A DNA stretch of 64,000 bases from an uncultured bacterium (GCA_964448115.1 CAYUVA010000013.1:8351-72350); one strand, 5' to 3'; positions 28,293 to 38,885 are shown, numbered from the stretch's first letter. Notes: generated by a model not told the origin, from the letters alone. Program-made: numbers and translations.

Positions 28293-30539
28293 ATGAATAA
28301 AGACAGAGGCTGTATCATCCTTCTGTCATTGGTATCAATAGTATCGTTTTTTTCCATCGGCTATGCGCTAGATGAGCCTACACAGGTGCATATAAATTGC
28401 AAGGGTGATCCAAGCAACTCCATGACCGTCCTTTGGAAGACTGGCGGTACCACCCAGACCAGCACGGTAAAATGGGGAACAAACCCGTCGAACCTCAACA
28501 ATACAGCCACCGGCACCCAGTTCCCATCACCCAACCAACTGAGCGGCACCATACACGAGGTGGAGCTAACCGGATTGGAGCCAAATACACTTTATTATTA
28601 CAAGTGTGGGGACAACCTCGATGGCTGGAGCACGGTTTACTCATTCGTGACCGCCCAGACCGAGCTACATTACGAGGATTTTTCATTCGCAGCCTTCGGG
28701 GATACACACTACAACAACTCCAACACGCTCAACCTGGTGAACCGCCTTGCGCAGCAGCTCAATCCACCTTTTGAGTTCTTCGTCCACTGCGGGGATATCA
28801 CCTACGCTGATGGCATCCAGGGTCGCTGGGATGATTTCTTCAATAACTGGTTGACGGTGATGCCTAATTTACCTGGTTTTTTAATACCCGGAGAACATGA
28901 GGACGAATACTTCATTATCGATATGGGTATCACTACTTACCTGGGGAGATTCGCCCTGCCGAACAACGAGGTCTTTTATTCATTTGACTGGGGCAGGGTA
29001 CACTTCATCATGCTTTACAGCGACTGGGAGAACCCGGCAAAGCCCGAAGAGGAGGATATGCAGAAGATCTGGCTGGAGATGCACCTGCAGGAGATCGCCG
29101 AAGATCCCACCATAAAATGGAAGATAATAGTGCTCCATAGACCGCTTTATAGCTCTGGAGAGACCTATGGTAGTGACCTTGAGTGGCGGGATTACCTGGC
29201 TCCACTATGTGACCAGTATGGCATCGACCTGGTACTTTCGGCGCATGAGCGCAACTATGAGCGCACTTATCCGCTCAACAACAACGAGGTGGTTAATACG
29301 GATCCCAATCATTACATAGAGCCAGAGGGCACGATATATGTGGTAACCGGTGGCGGGGGAGCAGGCAAGGACACCAGTTTCGAGAATCCACCACCTTCAT
29401 GGTCTGCCTTCAGACAAGCCGAGTACCACTACCTGCACATCAATGTATATCGTTACGGCAGGCTGGAGATTATAGCCAAGAAGTCCTCTGATGGAACCGA
29501 GATCGACTCTTTTACTATTGACAAGCTGGAGCCAACGCCAACGCCTACGCCGACCGAGACCTGGGAGCCGACCGATACCAAGACCCCGATGCCGACCGGC
29601 ACTCCCACCCCATCGATCAGCGCCACGCCAACATTCACTGCCACTCCAACCAAGACAGCCATGCCGACCTGGACGCCGACCATTACGCCAAGCGGGGGAC
29701 CGCAATATACCTCCACGCCGACAGCGACTGCCACGCCGTTACCCTCAGGACCAAAGGTGCTGGTCGGTGGTTATTGGGATACTTACCTGACTGCAACTGA
29801 AGGTGGAAACATGAGAATATCAGCCCTGGTTACCGAGCCGGAGATGAGAGCGGTCGAGCTTTACTACGGAGGGATGGCTACTGGCATATTGCTCTACGAC
29901 GATGGTCAGCATGGCGATTTTGGCTTCGGAGACGGGCTTTATGGGAACCAGTTCACCTTCGCGCCGGGAGACTATGCACCGCGCTACCTGTTCGAGCTTC
30001 AGCCCTCGAATCGGCAGGGGATTTTTGGACCCCTATGGCCATATCTGCCTATGTACACCGGACCGACCTTCACGCCGACAATAGCTCCAGCGACCGCCAC
30101 GCCAACGGCTACCAATACCCCTACGCCTAGCGGTCTCGCAGAGCTTTGCAAGGCTTATATCGACCCGGATCCGATGAGCAACTGCGATGAGATCGCCTAT
30201 TACAACTGTTCCAATCCAGAGGTCTCTTGTGATTTCGATGCAGTTGCCTACATCGTTACCCACTATAGCGCGCAGTTGGAGGATTCTTATCGCTTCGAGT
30301 GGCGAAAAAATATGGAGGTTTATGAGTTCTACGAGGGAGTCGTCTCCGAGGAGTGCGATCCGCAGTTCTTTATCAGTGAGCTGATCATCGACACTGAGAC
30401 CCGTAGTTACTGCAACGATGACTGGCGGGTGGAGTTCTACTACAACGATGAGCTGATCCACTTCATGGAGTTCGATATCACGGCGGACACGCACGACTGT
30501 CGCTGCCTGGAGCCGACCCCAAAGGCGCCCGAACTCTGA
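28293..30539 (+). CDS. Secreted purple-acid-phosphatase-like metallophosphoesterase with Fn3 domain, Pro/Thr linkers and extra C-terminal domains
   Basis: Signal peptide, HEVELTGLEPNTLYYYKCG, GDTH, GDITY, HRPLYSS, NYERTYP, VTGGGG, PTPTPT linkers. Confidence 0.88.
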   Translation: MNKDRGCIILLSLVSIVSFFSIGYALDEPTQVHINCKGDPSNSMTVLWKTGGTTQTSTVKWGTNPSNLNNTATGTQFPSPNQLSGTIHEVELTGLEPNTLYYYKCGDNLDGWSTVYSFVTAQTELHYEDFSFAAFGDTHYNNSNTLNLVNRLAQQLNPPFEFFVHCGDITYADGIQGRWDDFFNNWLTVMPNLPGFLIPGEHEDEYFIIDMGITTYLGRFALPNNEVFYSFDWGRVHFIMLYSDWENPAKPEEEDMQKIWLEMHLQEIAEDPTIKWKIIVLHRPLYSSGETYGSDLEWRDYLAPLCDQYGIDLVLSAHERNYERTYPLNNNEVVNTDPNHYIEPEGTIYVVTGGGGAGKDTSFENPPPSWSAFRQAEYHYLHINVYRYGRLEIIAKKSSDGTEIDSFTIDKLEPTPTPTPTETWEPTDTKTPMPTGTPTPSISATPTFTATPTKTAMPTWTPTITPSGGPQYTSTPTATATPLPSGPKVLVGGYWDTYLTATEGGNMRISALVTEPEMRAVELYYGGMATGILLYDDGQHGDFGFGDGLYGNQFTFAPGDYAPRYLFELQPSNRQGIFGPLWPYLPMYTGPTFTPTIAPATATPTATNTPTPSGLAELCKAYIDPDPMSNCDEIAYYNCSNPEVSCDFDAVAYIVTHYSAQLEDSYRFEWRKNMEVYEFYEGVVSEECDPQFFISELIIDTETRSYCNDDWRVEFYYNDELIHFMEFDITADTHDCRCLEPTPKAPEL

Positions 30540-30549
30540 TAACGGCAGG

Positions 30550-32493
30550 TTATCGGTCTTCTATCGCTGCGGATAACCCCCGATATTCTTTTTCCAATGT
30601 ACCAAAGTCGGTAACCAGTGGGCAATCGGGAAGACTGTTTAAAAACATCCTGCCATACCCCTTGGTAAGAACCCGACTATCCAACAGGCAAAGTATCCCG
30701 GTGTCCTTGGCGCTTCTTAAAAGCCTGCCCATACCCTGCTTCAATAGTATCACCGCCTGTGGGATCTGGTACTCGTAAAAAGCGCTTTTGCCCTGTTGAT
30801 TGATCTGCTCTATGCGTGCCTCGACTATCGGCTCCGAGGGGACTGCGAAGGGGAGCTTATCGATGATTACGCATCCCAGCGATTCACCTTGCACATCGAT
30901 CCCCTGCCAGAAGCTGCTGGTGGCAAACAAGACCGAGGAGACATCGTCCCTGAACTGTTCCAGTAGTTCACCCTTCTGCTTCTGTCCCTGAAGGAGCAGC
31001 CTGAAGGGGAGCTTATTCTTCAGTTCGTTGTAGGCTCGGTTCATGTTGTGATAGCTGGTAAACAGCACCAGGGCTCTGCCATCGGTGAGCTTGATGATCT
31101 TCTCAATCAATTCGATAGCCCTTGATAAGTATTCATCGTTTCTCGGTTCGGGGATATCCTGGGGGACGAAGAGCAGCGCCTGGCTCTTGAAATCGAAGCT
31201 GGAGGGGAGGATGGCGGCAACTGCCTCTTGTACTCCGAGCCTGCTTTTTACAAAGTCGAAGTTACCTTGGGTAGCAAGGGTTGCCGAGGTCAGGATAACA
31301 GTCATTATCCGATCCAGGACTTCTGCCTTGAATGCCATTGCGATATTTATCGGCGAGGCACCGAGCCTGGTTCCACGGGTCAGCGGCTCCATCCAGTAAA
31401 CATAACTCGGATCGGATCGGCTCATTATAAGATTGATTGCAGCAGCTAGCTCCCTTGCCCTGTTTCGTAATCTATCGTATATATCCGAGTCGTCCAAGAC
31501 CGATAGCTCCTCTTCCATGAGCTGCACCTGGTTTAACAGGTTCATCATGGGCGTATAAGCGAGGCTGGTATATCTATCATCCTTTATGCGCACTCGATTC
31601 TCTATGCCGCTGAAGCATTCAAAGAAGCTTCGGCTTCCCATCTCCACGCCCGAAACAGCATTTAGCAAATCCTGGCAGTCCTTATTGCTATTCTTGATAT
31701 CTCTTCGGATATCGCCAATAAGGTCTGTAAAGCTGTAATTGGAGACAGTGATACTGAAGAAATCGGTAGCGATATCCTCCAGTTGATGCGCCTCATCGAA
31801 GACAACTACCTGGTGTTCCGGTAACAGGTTGGTCTCTGATAGTCCGCGGATGGAGATATCAGCAAAGTAGAGATGATGATTAACCACCACGATATTGGCT
31901 TTGGCAGCCTTCCTGCGGGCTTTATTGACGAAACAGTTTCCGCTACAGTGGCACTTTGATGACCCGATACAGCTCTCCGATGTGGAGCAGATCTCCTTCC
32001 AGGTCGGAAAGTTCTCCGGCAATCCTTCAAGTTCCGATTTCTCCCCGCTCTCGGTTGTATTTACCCAGTCAAGTATCCTTTGATAATGTTTTATTTCCTC
32101 CTTTTCGAAGAAGGTGGGCTGTTGATTGAAAAGCTCCAATCTTCTCCTGCAGATATAGTTGGCTCTTCCTTTAAGGTATGTAAAGCTGAGATTCGGCTTT
32201 ATTAGGTCGCGCACCAGTGGGATATCCTTGCGCATCAGTTGGTCTTGCAGGGTCTTGGTTCCAGTGGAAACGACCACTTTTCGGTTGCTAATCACTGCTG
32301 GTATGAGATAAGCGAGTGTTTTGCCGGTGCCGGTGCCTGCCTCGACAAGCAGGTGGTTTCCCCGGCTGGCAGCCTGCAAGACCAGCTTGCTCATCTCCAG
32401 TTGACTTGGGCGGTACTCGAAGAAGGGGAGCTTTTTTTCCAACAGACCCCCCTCACCGAAGATCTCCCTCATATCATAAGCTGCCCCGGGCAT
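30550..32493 (-). CDS. DinG/YoaA family ATP-dependent DNA helicase
   Basis: RPSQ, EAGTGTGKT, LKGRANY, Fe-S cysteines, DEAH, SATL, QGMGRLLR. Confidence 0.95.
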   Translation of the reverse strand: MPGAAYDMREIFGEGGLLEKKLPFFEYRPSQLEMSKLVLQAASRGNHLLVEAGTGTGKTLAYLIPAVISNRKVVVSTGTKTLQDQLMRKDIPLVRDLIKPNLSFTYLKGRANYICRRRLELFNQQPTFFEKEEIKHYQRILDWVNTTESGEKSELEGLPENFPTWKEICSTSESCIGSSKCHCSGNCFVNKARRKAAKANIVVVNHHLYFADISIRGLSETNLLPEHQVVVFDEAHQLEDIATDFFSITVSNYSFTDLIGDIRRDIKNSNKDCQDLLNAVSGVEMGSRSFFECFSGIENRVRIKDDRYTSLAYTPMMNLLNQVQLMEEELSVLDDSDIYDRLRNRARELAAAINLIMSRSDPSYVYWMEPLTRGTRLGASPINIAMAFKAEVLDRIMTVILTSATLATQGNFDFVKSRLGVQEAVAAILPSSFDFKSQALLFVPQDIPEPRNDEYLSRAIELIEKIIKLTDGRALVLFTSYHNMNRAYNELKNKLPFRLLLQGQKQKGELLEQFRDDVSSVLFATSSFWQGIDVQGESLGCVIIDKLPFAVPSEPIVEARIEQINQQGKSAFYEYQIPQAVILLKQGMGRLLRSAKDTGILCLLDSRVLTKGYGRMFLNSLPDCPLVTDFGTLEKEYRGLSAAIEDR

Positions 32494-32549
32494 GGCTTTA
32501 GACGATTAGTTCATGGTTTATATAAGCTGAATTAAAGGATCTAGTTACT

Positions 32550-33170
32550 TTATTCTCTCAGCAATCTAAGCGATTCTGCCCAATCAAGGAACTCCTGGAA
32601 GTGATCTCCAAAGTCCTCTGGCGATGCCATATATCCAAGGACATATAGATTCTTCTTGCTGTGGTAACAAAGAAGTATTGCCTTTCTTTGTATGTCGAAC
32701 CTGCCAAAGCTTCTCATCGGTATCAGGAAGCTGCCATCGATGCGCCTAAACCTTTGGAGGCTTGGGCTTATGCTCATATTGAGATCCAACTGACTCCAAC
32801 TGGAGAGCTTCTGCTTTTTTCCTTTTAGTTTATCGGTAACCTCGATGAAGATATCCTTGGATTTCTTTAGTTTCGGGGAGATTGCTACCGAGAAGATCTG
32901 TGCACTTGATCCCTTGGTTATGAAGAGAAGGTCTAATGGATCCGCCTTGACATACTTCCATCGATAATAAGGGATATCAAGGAGATAGGCATGATACCTG
33001 TTTACATATTTCCCGTTGATATAGTTTTTTTTCGGTACCGGCGGCGCTTGTATTTCTTTTAGAACCTTGTCCTCGTAGCTGCAAGAGAAAAAAAGGCAGG
33101 GGAATGAGAACAAAAGGCTCAGCCCGAATACGAGCTTATACCTGCGATCTAGCGATAACAGCCTTGACAT
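32550..33170 (-). CDS. Hypothetical lipoprotein
   Basis: Basic N-region, hydrophobic stretch and FFSC lipobox-like motif. Confidence 0.55.
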   Translation of the reverse strand: MSRLLSLDRRYKLVFGLSLLFSFPCLFFSCSYEDKVLKEIQAPPVPKKNYINGKYVNRYHAYLLDIPYYRWKYVKADPLDLLFITKGSSAQIFSVAISPKLKKSKDIFIEVTDKLKGKKQKLSSWSQLDLNMSISPSLQRFRRIDGSFLIPMRSFGRFDIQRKAILLCYHSKKNLYVLGYMASPEDFGDHFQEFLDWAESLRLLRE

Positions 33171-33404
33171 GGTATGCAGGCTTTTATCAGAATGGTTTGT
33201 AAGTGTCAATAATAGTGTTGTAGCATCTATTGACATTGGCTGAATAATATTTTAAGTATGAAGATGAAAGCAGGATCCAGCCTGGTTCAGCATTTTTTGC
33301 TCGAGGTTGCGATGCTGGCTCATCTAAAGATAGAATGAGTTCATGATATTCGAGATGGGAAAAATGAATTGGTATATAACTGAACACAATAAGGAGGAGT
33401 ATAA

Positions 33405-36050
33405 TTGATGCACCTTAGAGGTATTCACGGAAGTGCCCTTTTTTTGGGTATATGCCTGCTTTTGGCATTCGCCTTCACCGCTAACGCTGGAGATGTTGGT
33501 ATCATCAAGGGTACCGTTACCGATGCTCAAAAGGAATGGCCTATGCCGGGGGTCTTTATCACTTTGGAAAGAGAGGGCGGGGATGTCTGGACGAAGGGTA
33601 TCACCGCAGTAACCGATGTTGATGGTACTTTTTCCATGTTCAACATTCCCCCGGGTACTTATACCTTGGTTGCTGAATTCATGGGCTACGCCAAGACAAG
33701 AATTGAGGGCGTTGAGGTGTTCATGGATCAAACGACCGAGGTTAATTTCTCCATGAAAAAGGAGGCAGTCGGTAAGATCACCGAGGTGATCGAGGCTGAG
33801 GCGCCCCCGATAATAAAGAAAGAAAAGACACATGCATTCGATGAGATCACAACTGAGGAGCTTGAGGATTTCCCAATCCCCGGCAGATCTTTCCAGGCTG
33901 CTCTTGAGCTTTTGCCTGGCGTTACCCAGGGCGCTACCGACGGACAATCACATGTGCGCGGTGGCAGGGATAACGAGCTTGGATACTATGTTGACGGACA
34001 TAGCGTCAACGATCCAGTAACCGGCACATTCGGAACCAATCTGAATATGAACTCCATCGAGAGCATGGAGGTTATAACCGGTGGCTTCAATGCTGAATAT
34101 GGTAAGTACATGTCTGGGATGGTCAACGTGGTTACCAAAAGCGGTGGCAACGAGTTCCACGGCAATGTGGGCTTGTATTACCGAAACGATGCACTTGACT
34201 TCGTTGATGAGGAGATCGATCACTATCGATACCAGCCAGATTTCTCTCTTGAGGGATTTATCATACCTGATCGCCTAACCTTCTTTACCTCTGTAGAGTT
34301 CGCCAAGATAGAATATAACAGGGAATGGATGAGGTCAGATTACTGGTGGGATGGCTATGATGGTCAAGCCAAGCTGACCTACCGACTGACCCCGGATGAT
34401 AAGTTTGTTATCAACTTCACCAAGAGCTATGCAGAGATCGGCAGACCCTACAAGTGGATCCCTGAGGGGCATAATCCGACCCAGCTTCAAGATACCGGTT
34501 CTGTGATGGCAAAGTACACCCACATCTTCACTCCAGAGACTTATTTCAACCTTCGTTATCAGCACATGAATATGCACCTTAAGGTGAGCGTTCATAATAC
34601 TCCTGGCGATCATGAGCCTTACACCATGGCTCTTATCATCGCCAGGCCAGATGCAGATATCTGGGATGAACTCGCTGAGTACACCGATGGAGAGGTTACC
34701 AGTGCTGAAGACCTCGACGATGACGAGATATATATCAGCGGCGATCTGTATTACTGGTACCAGAGATATACCTTTGTCAACAGCTTGAAGGGAGAGTTCG
34801 TTACCCATCTGGGCAAGGATCACAACATCAAGGCTGGTTACGAGGTCATGCATGTGAATTACCTGGATCAGTTCCTCTGGACCGGCATCAACTGGTATGT
34901 CTATTACGGCGACCGTTGGTTCGGCAGGGGAGATCCCTTTGATGACTGGGCAGGTGATTTCCCTTACCAGCAGTACCGAAAGGAGGTACCCCCCGGAGAG
35001 GACTACAGCAACAACCACAAGGTGCAGACCGTTATGGGACAGTATGTCGGCTTCATCCAGGATACATGGAGCGCTTTCCCTACTCTTACCGTGAACATGG
35101 GACTGCGCTATGACTACGAGGGTATCTTCGGCTCAAAGGACTTCAGCCCCCGCATCGGAGTCAATTATGTGCCTAACGAGAAAACCAAGCTATATCTTAA
35201 TTACGGTCATTTCTATAACAGCCTGAATCTTCATTATGCCCAGGTTACCGATGAATCAAAGAAGTTCCAGTATCGTAACTACGATCCCAGCTTCGACGAT
35301 CCGAACCAGATCCCCTGGAGCACCCAGGACTATGTCCCTTCAAATCTTGAATCGGAGAAGACAAACTTCATCCAGATCGGTTTTGAGCGTGCCCTGTCAA
35401 AGAACACACTGCTCGAGATCATCGGCTCATTCAAGAAGGTCCATAACCTGTATGTGGTAGTTGACCTAGCCCCGGGACAGTACATGGGACCGCAGCAGGC
35501 ACAGGCTATCGGATATGCCGACTACTGGGGACTTGACTTCAAGCTAACAAAAAGGCTAAGCAATAACTGGTCTGCGAGGTTCTCTTATTCCTACTCATCG
35601 ATTATGGGAACCCTCGACTGGTACGACTACATCTCCAACCAGTACTATTCGCCGAACCGAGGCGAGCTGTACCCGCTCGATTGGGATGTGCCGCATGACA
35701 TAAAGCTATCTGGACGCTATGAGCTGCCCTGGAAGATGGATTTCTCCATGATCTTCAGGTATCAGAGCGGTTATCCATATACAAAGTACCACTGGAACTT
35801 CCTTGGTGGAAGGCCGGATAAGGTCTGGGATACTGCGAAGAACTCCAAGAGAGTGCCTGATCTACACTCCATGGATGTTACTCTGGGCAAGGCGTTCGAC
35901 TGGGGAACCAGGTACTCCCTAAAGCTGTACCTGAAGGTTTACAACCTGTACAACCAGCGCAATGTAGTGGAGGTCTTCCCCAATACTGGACATGCGATGA
36001 CGGTCCAAGCCAGAAGGAGAGTGGAGCTAGGCTTTAACTTCAAGTTCTAG
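33405..36050 (+). CDS. TonB-dependent receptor with N-terminal carboxypeptidase-regulatory-like domain
   Basis: GIIKGTVTDA, LLPGV, VRGGR, EVITGGFNAEYG..SGMVNVVTKSG, NMGLRYD, SPRIG, terminal Phe. Confidence 0.93.
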   Translation: MMHLRGIHGSALFLGICLLLAFAFTANAGDVGIIKGTVTDAQKEWPMPGVFITLEREGGDVWTKGITAVTDVDGTFSMFNIPPGTYTLVAEFMGYAKTRIEGVEVFMDQTTEVNFSMKKEAVGKITEVIEAEAPPIIKKEKTHAFDEITTEELEDFPIPGRSFQAALELLPGVTQGATDGQSHVRGGRDNELGYYVDGHSVNDPVTGTFGTNLNMNSIESMEVITGGFNAEYGKYMSGMVNVVTKSGGNEFHGNVGLYYRNDALDFVDEEIDHYRYQPDFSLEGFIIPDRLTFFTSVEFAKIEYNREWMRSDYWWDGYDGQAKLTYRLTPDDKFVINFTKSYAEIGRPYKWIPEGHNPTQLQDTGSVMAKYTHIFTPETYFNLRYQHMNMHLKVSVHNTPGDHEPYTMALIIARPDADIWDELAEYTDGEVTSAEDLDDDEIYISGDLYYWYQRYTFVNSLKGEFVTHLGKDHNIKAGYEVMHVNYLDQFLWTGINWYVYYGDRWFGRGDPFDDWAGDFPYQQYRKEVPPGEDYSNNHKVQTVMGQYVGFIQDTWSAFPTLTVNMGLRYDYEGIFGSKDFSPRIGVNYVPNEKTKLYLNYGHFYNSLNLHYAQVTDESKKFQYRNYDPSFDDPNQIPWSTQDYVPSNLESEKTNFIQIGFERALSKNTLLEIIGSFKKVHNLYVVVDLAPGQYMGPQQAQAIGYADYWGLDFKLTKRLSNNWSARFSYSYSSIMGTLDWYDYISNQYYSPNRGELYPLDWDVPHDIKLSGRYELPWKMDFSMIFRYQSGYPYTKYHWNFLGGRPDKVWDTAKNSKRVPDLHSMDVTLGKAFDWGTRYSLKLYLKVYNLYNQRNVVEVFPNTGHAMTVQARRRVELGFNFKF

Positions 36051-36076
36051 CCGCAAGAGCAAGACCGATAAACTTC

Positions 36077-36120
36077 AGGCGGCGTTTGCTGGACATACAG
36101 CAGGTGCCGCCTATTATTTT
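36077..36120 (+). terminator. Rho-independent terminator
   Basis: 15-bp stem AGGCGGCGTTTGCTG/CAGCAGGTGCCGCCT (three G-U pairs) followed by ATTATTTT. Confidence 0.7.
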
Positions 36121-36164
36121 ATACAAAAATTATATATAGAGACCCTCCCCTGATTTATTATGCG

Positions 36165-36325
36165 GCGGAAATCCAGTAATCACGGGCAGTGATAGAGTGA
36201 TAAAGGCGTATTAACCACAAAGGCACAAAGAAGAAGTGATACGGTGATAAAGTGATAGGGGAAATAAAGACCCTCAGCCATTTTTCCTGGCTTTATCTGG
36301 TTGCGGCTACGCTGCCTTAGATAAT
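36165..36325. repeat. Composite intergenic repeat
   Basis: AGAGTGATAAAGGCGTATTAACCACAAAG is nearly identical to 3481-3510; GTGATA octamers. Confidence 0.78.
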
Positions 36326-36354
36326 TAGCCTAAGAAACCTGGCCTGGATTATTA

Positions 36355-36954
36355 TTAAAGCTCCTCGCCGACCTGGTAGCGTGTAAAGCGCCTGATGACG
36401 ATGTTCTCCCCGGTGGTCGCTATGGTCTCTTTGACCAGCTCCTCGATTGTCTTCTTGGGATCTTTTATATATTCCTGTTCCAGGAGGCAGTTTTCCTTAT
36501 AGAATTTTGTGAGCCTTCCCTCTATAATCTTCTCGATTATTTCCGGCGGTTTCCTGGAGTCTTGTATCTGTGCGCGCAGGATCTCCTTTTCCTTGTCGAG
36601 CACATCCTCTGGTACATGGTCGCGACTCACATAGGTTGGATTGGCGGCTGCTATCTGCATGCAGATCTCCTTAGCCAGGCTAACGAACTGCTCGTTTTTA
36701 GCAACGAAATCGGTCTCGCAGTTGATCTCGAGCAGCACGCCAAGCTTGTCTCCGAAGTGTATGTACGAGGCTATCCTTCCCTCTGATGCTGCCCTGGTGG
36801 CTTTTTTCAGGGCACCAACGATCCCCTTTTTTCTGAGCAGTTCGGCTGCTTTTTCGATATCGCCATCGGTTTGGTTGAGTGCATTTTTGCAGTCGAGGAT
36901 GCCGGCTTGTGTCTTTTCTCTCAGGATCTTGACCATTTCAGCGGTGATTTCCAT
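36355..36954 (-). CDS. tsf: Elongation factor Ts (short form)
   Basis: LREKTQAGILDCK, EINCETDFVAK, GENIVIRRF. Confidence 0.97.
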   Translation of the reverse strand: MEITAEMVKILREKTQAGILDCKNALNQTDGDIEKAAELLRKKGIVGALKKATRAASEGRIASYIHFGDKLGVLLEINCETDFVAKNEQFVSLAKEICMQIAAANPTYVSRDHVPEDVLDKEKEILRAQIQDSRKPPEIIEKIIEGRLTKFYKENCLLEQEYIKDPKKTIEELVKETIATTGENIVIRRFTRYQVGEEL

Positions 36955-36984
36955 CTTTAGTAACCTCCCAGGTTTTCTGGATGT

Positions 36985-37905
36985 TTATTGTTGAAGTTCC
37001 TCTTTTTCTTCCTCAATGGTTTCGTTTTGTGGTTTATCGGAGGCGATATCCTCTGCCGGTCTTTTCGTCTCTGCATCTTCATCATTCTTCTCGATCATCT
37101 TGGCTTCAGTCTTCTGCTCGAGCTTTGGCTTGTTATCATGGCTGGTTTCAATTTTTTCTGTTGTTTCTTCGGCTGGTTCCTCTTCTTGCTCGAAGGATTC
37201 TTCCCCCTCCTCGATGGCTCTCAGGATCTCCTTTCCGCGAATGACCGCCTCGGCGATCTTGCTGGTTATCAGCCTGATGGCTCTGATTGCATCATCGTTG
37301 CCCGGTATAGGGAAATCGACTATATCCGGATCGCAATTGGTATCGACTATGGCGACTATAGGAATATTCAGCTTTCTTGCCTCTTTTACTGCAATCTCCT
37401 CGCGTTTAGGGTCAACTATATAGACGATATCAGGCAATTCGGTCATCTCCTTGATACCGCTCAGGTTTCGATTCATTTTATTTATCAGTTTCTCCATCTT
37501 GACGCGTTCTTTCTTGACCATGCCCTCAATCTCGCCCTTGGAAAAGATCTCCTCCATCCTTTTTAGCTTTTGTATGCTTCTTCGGATGGTAGCGAAGTTA
37601 GTAAGCGTTCCGCCGAGCCAGCGGTGAGCCACGTAGTACATTTCGCATTTTCTTGCCTCATCGACGATTGCCGACTGCGCCTGTTTCTTTGTACCTACGA
37701 ATAGTACCTTACCGTCCTGTGCTACGGTCTCGACCACGAAGTTGTATGCATCCTTGAACTTCTTGAGGGTCTTTTGCAGGTCTATGATGTAGATACCGTT
37801 TCTCTCCCCGAAGATGTAGTCTTCCATCTTGGGGTTCCAGCGTTTGGTCTGATGACCGAAGTGTACTCCTGCCTCCAGGAGTTGTCTCATGCTCATTACT
37901 GTCAA
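36985..37905 (-). CDS. rpsB: 30S ribosomal protein S2 with acidic C-terminal extension
   Basis: [36 protein letters not shown]; TTG start after AGGAG. Confidence 0.98.
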   Translation of the reverse strand: MTVMSMRQLLEAGVHFGHQTKRWNPKMEDYIFGERNGIYIIDLQKTLKKFKDAYNFVVETVAQDGKVLFVGTKKQAQSAIVDEARKCEMYYVAHRWLGGTLTNFATIRRSIQKLKRMEEIFSKGEIEGMVKKERVKMEKLINKMNRNLSGIKEMTELPDIVYIVDPKREEIAVKEARKLNIPIVAIVDTNCDPDIVDFPIPGNDDAIRAIRLITSKIAEAVIRGKEILRAIEEGEESFEQEEEPAEETTEKIETSHDNKPKLEQKTEAKMIEKNDEDAETKRPAEDIASDKPQNETIEEEKEELQQ

Positions 37906-37958
37906 TATTGATCTCCTTGTTTCACAGGAAAAGATTTTAGGATGAAACGCAAGGTTTA

Positions 37959-38351
37959 TTATCTCTTGGAGTACTGGTATCTGGCTCTGGCTCCGCGTTG
38001 ACCGTACTTTTTCCTTTCTTTCATTCGTGGGTCGCGAGTAACCAGACCAGCGTTCTTTAGTATCCCTTTAAGAGCCGGATTGTACTCGATCAAAGCCCTG
38101 GTAATGCCGTGCCGAATGGCACCTGCTTGACCAGCCAGCCCTCCGCCGGTTACATTCACATAGATATCGAATTTCCGCAGAGCATCGCAGAGCAATAGCG
38201 GTTGAAGCACCACCTTACGATAAGATTCTACCGGAAGATACTCCTCGAATTCTCGTTTATTGATGGTGATCTCGCCAGTGCCCCTTTTCAGCCATACCCT
38301 GGCTATGGCGGTCTTTCTGCGACCGGTCCCGTAGTATTTATCTTCTCTCAC
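37959..38351 (-). CDS. rpsI: 30S ribosomal protein S9
   Basis: [29 protein letters not shown]. Confidence 0.98.
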   Translation of the reverse strand: MREDKYYGTGRRKTAIARVWLKRGTGEITINKREFEEYLPVESYRKVVLQPLLLCDALRKFDIYVNVTGGGLAGQAGAIRHGITRALIEYNPALKGILKNAGLVTRDPRMKERKKYGQRGARARYQYSKR

Positions 38352-38361
38352 CTAAACCTCC

Positions 38362-38814
38362 TTAGGTTATATTCTTCTTTAGGTCAGGATGGTTGTATGG
38401 TATAGGCTTCTGTGCCTGGTGTTCGTGCTTGTCTCCAGCATATACCTTGAGCTTCTTGAACATCTTTCTTCCCAGCTTGCCTTTGGGCATCATTCCCCAT
38501 ACGGCATGTTTGATTATACGGGTGGGGTCTTTTTGCATCAACTTATTATAGCTGATCTCCTTAAGCCCGGACTGGTAGCCGCTGTGGTGGCGATATAGTT
38601 TCTGCTGCGCTTTCTTGCCGCTGATTGCTACCTTGTCAGCGTTTATGATAACTACATAGTCGCCGACATCAAGGTTACCCGTGTAATAAGGCTTGTGCTT
38701 GCCGATGAGCAGTTGCGCTGCCACCGAAGCAAGCCTTCCCAACACCATATTCTCTGCATCGAGCAGGTACCATTTTTGCTCGATATCCTTCTGTTTTGTC
38801 GTTGTAATTCGCAT
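38362..38814 (-). CDS. rplM: 50S ribosomal protein L13
   Basis: WYLLDA..LGRLAS, GKHKP, GDYVVIINA, HEHQAQKP. Confidence 0.97.
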   Translation of the reverse strand: MRITTTKQKDIEQKWYLLDAENMVLGRLASVAAQLLIGKHKPYYTGNLDVGDYVVIINADKVAISGKKAQQKLYRHHSGYQSGLKEISYNKLMQKDPTRIIKHAVWGMMPKGKLGRKMFKKLKVYAGDKHEHQAQKPIPYNHPDLKKNIT

Positions 38815-38856
38815 TTTTTCACCTATCAGTATTATCAATTATACTGCGAAATGGTT

Positions 38857-38885
38857 ATTATAAAGATTCAAGGTCATCCTGTCAA
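38857..38885 (-). promoter_or_regulatory. Consensus sigma70 promoter of the rplM operon
   Basis: Minus strand reads TTGACA-17 bp-TATAAT, a perfect consensus. Confidence 0.9.

Noticed and set aside
29530-29745. ACNCCN-rich tandem-like DNA
   Set aside because: Explained by the Pro/Thr linker of the phosphoesterase.
33240-33404. Riboswitch upstream of the TonB-dependent receptor
   Set aside because: I could not recognise cobalamin, TPP or other aptamer consensus motifs; an Rfam scan would settle it.
34335-35018. Long antisense ORFs (also 33324, 11732, 50649, 1836)
   Set aside because: They are shadows of well-supported genes on the opposite strand.
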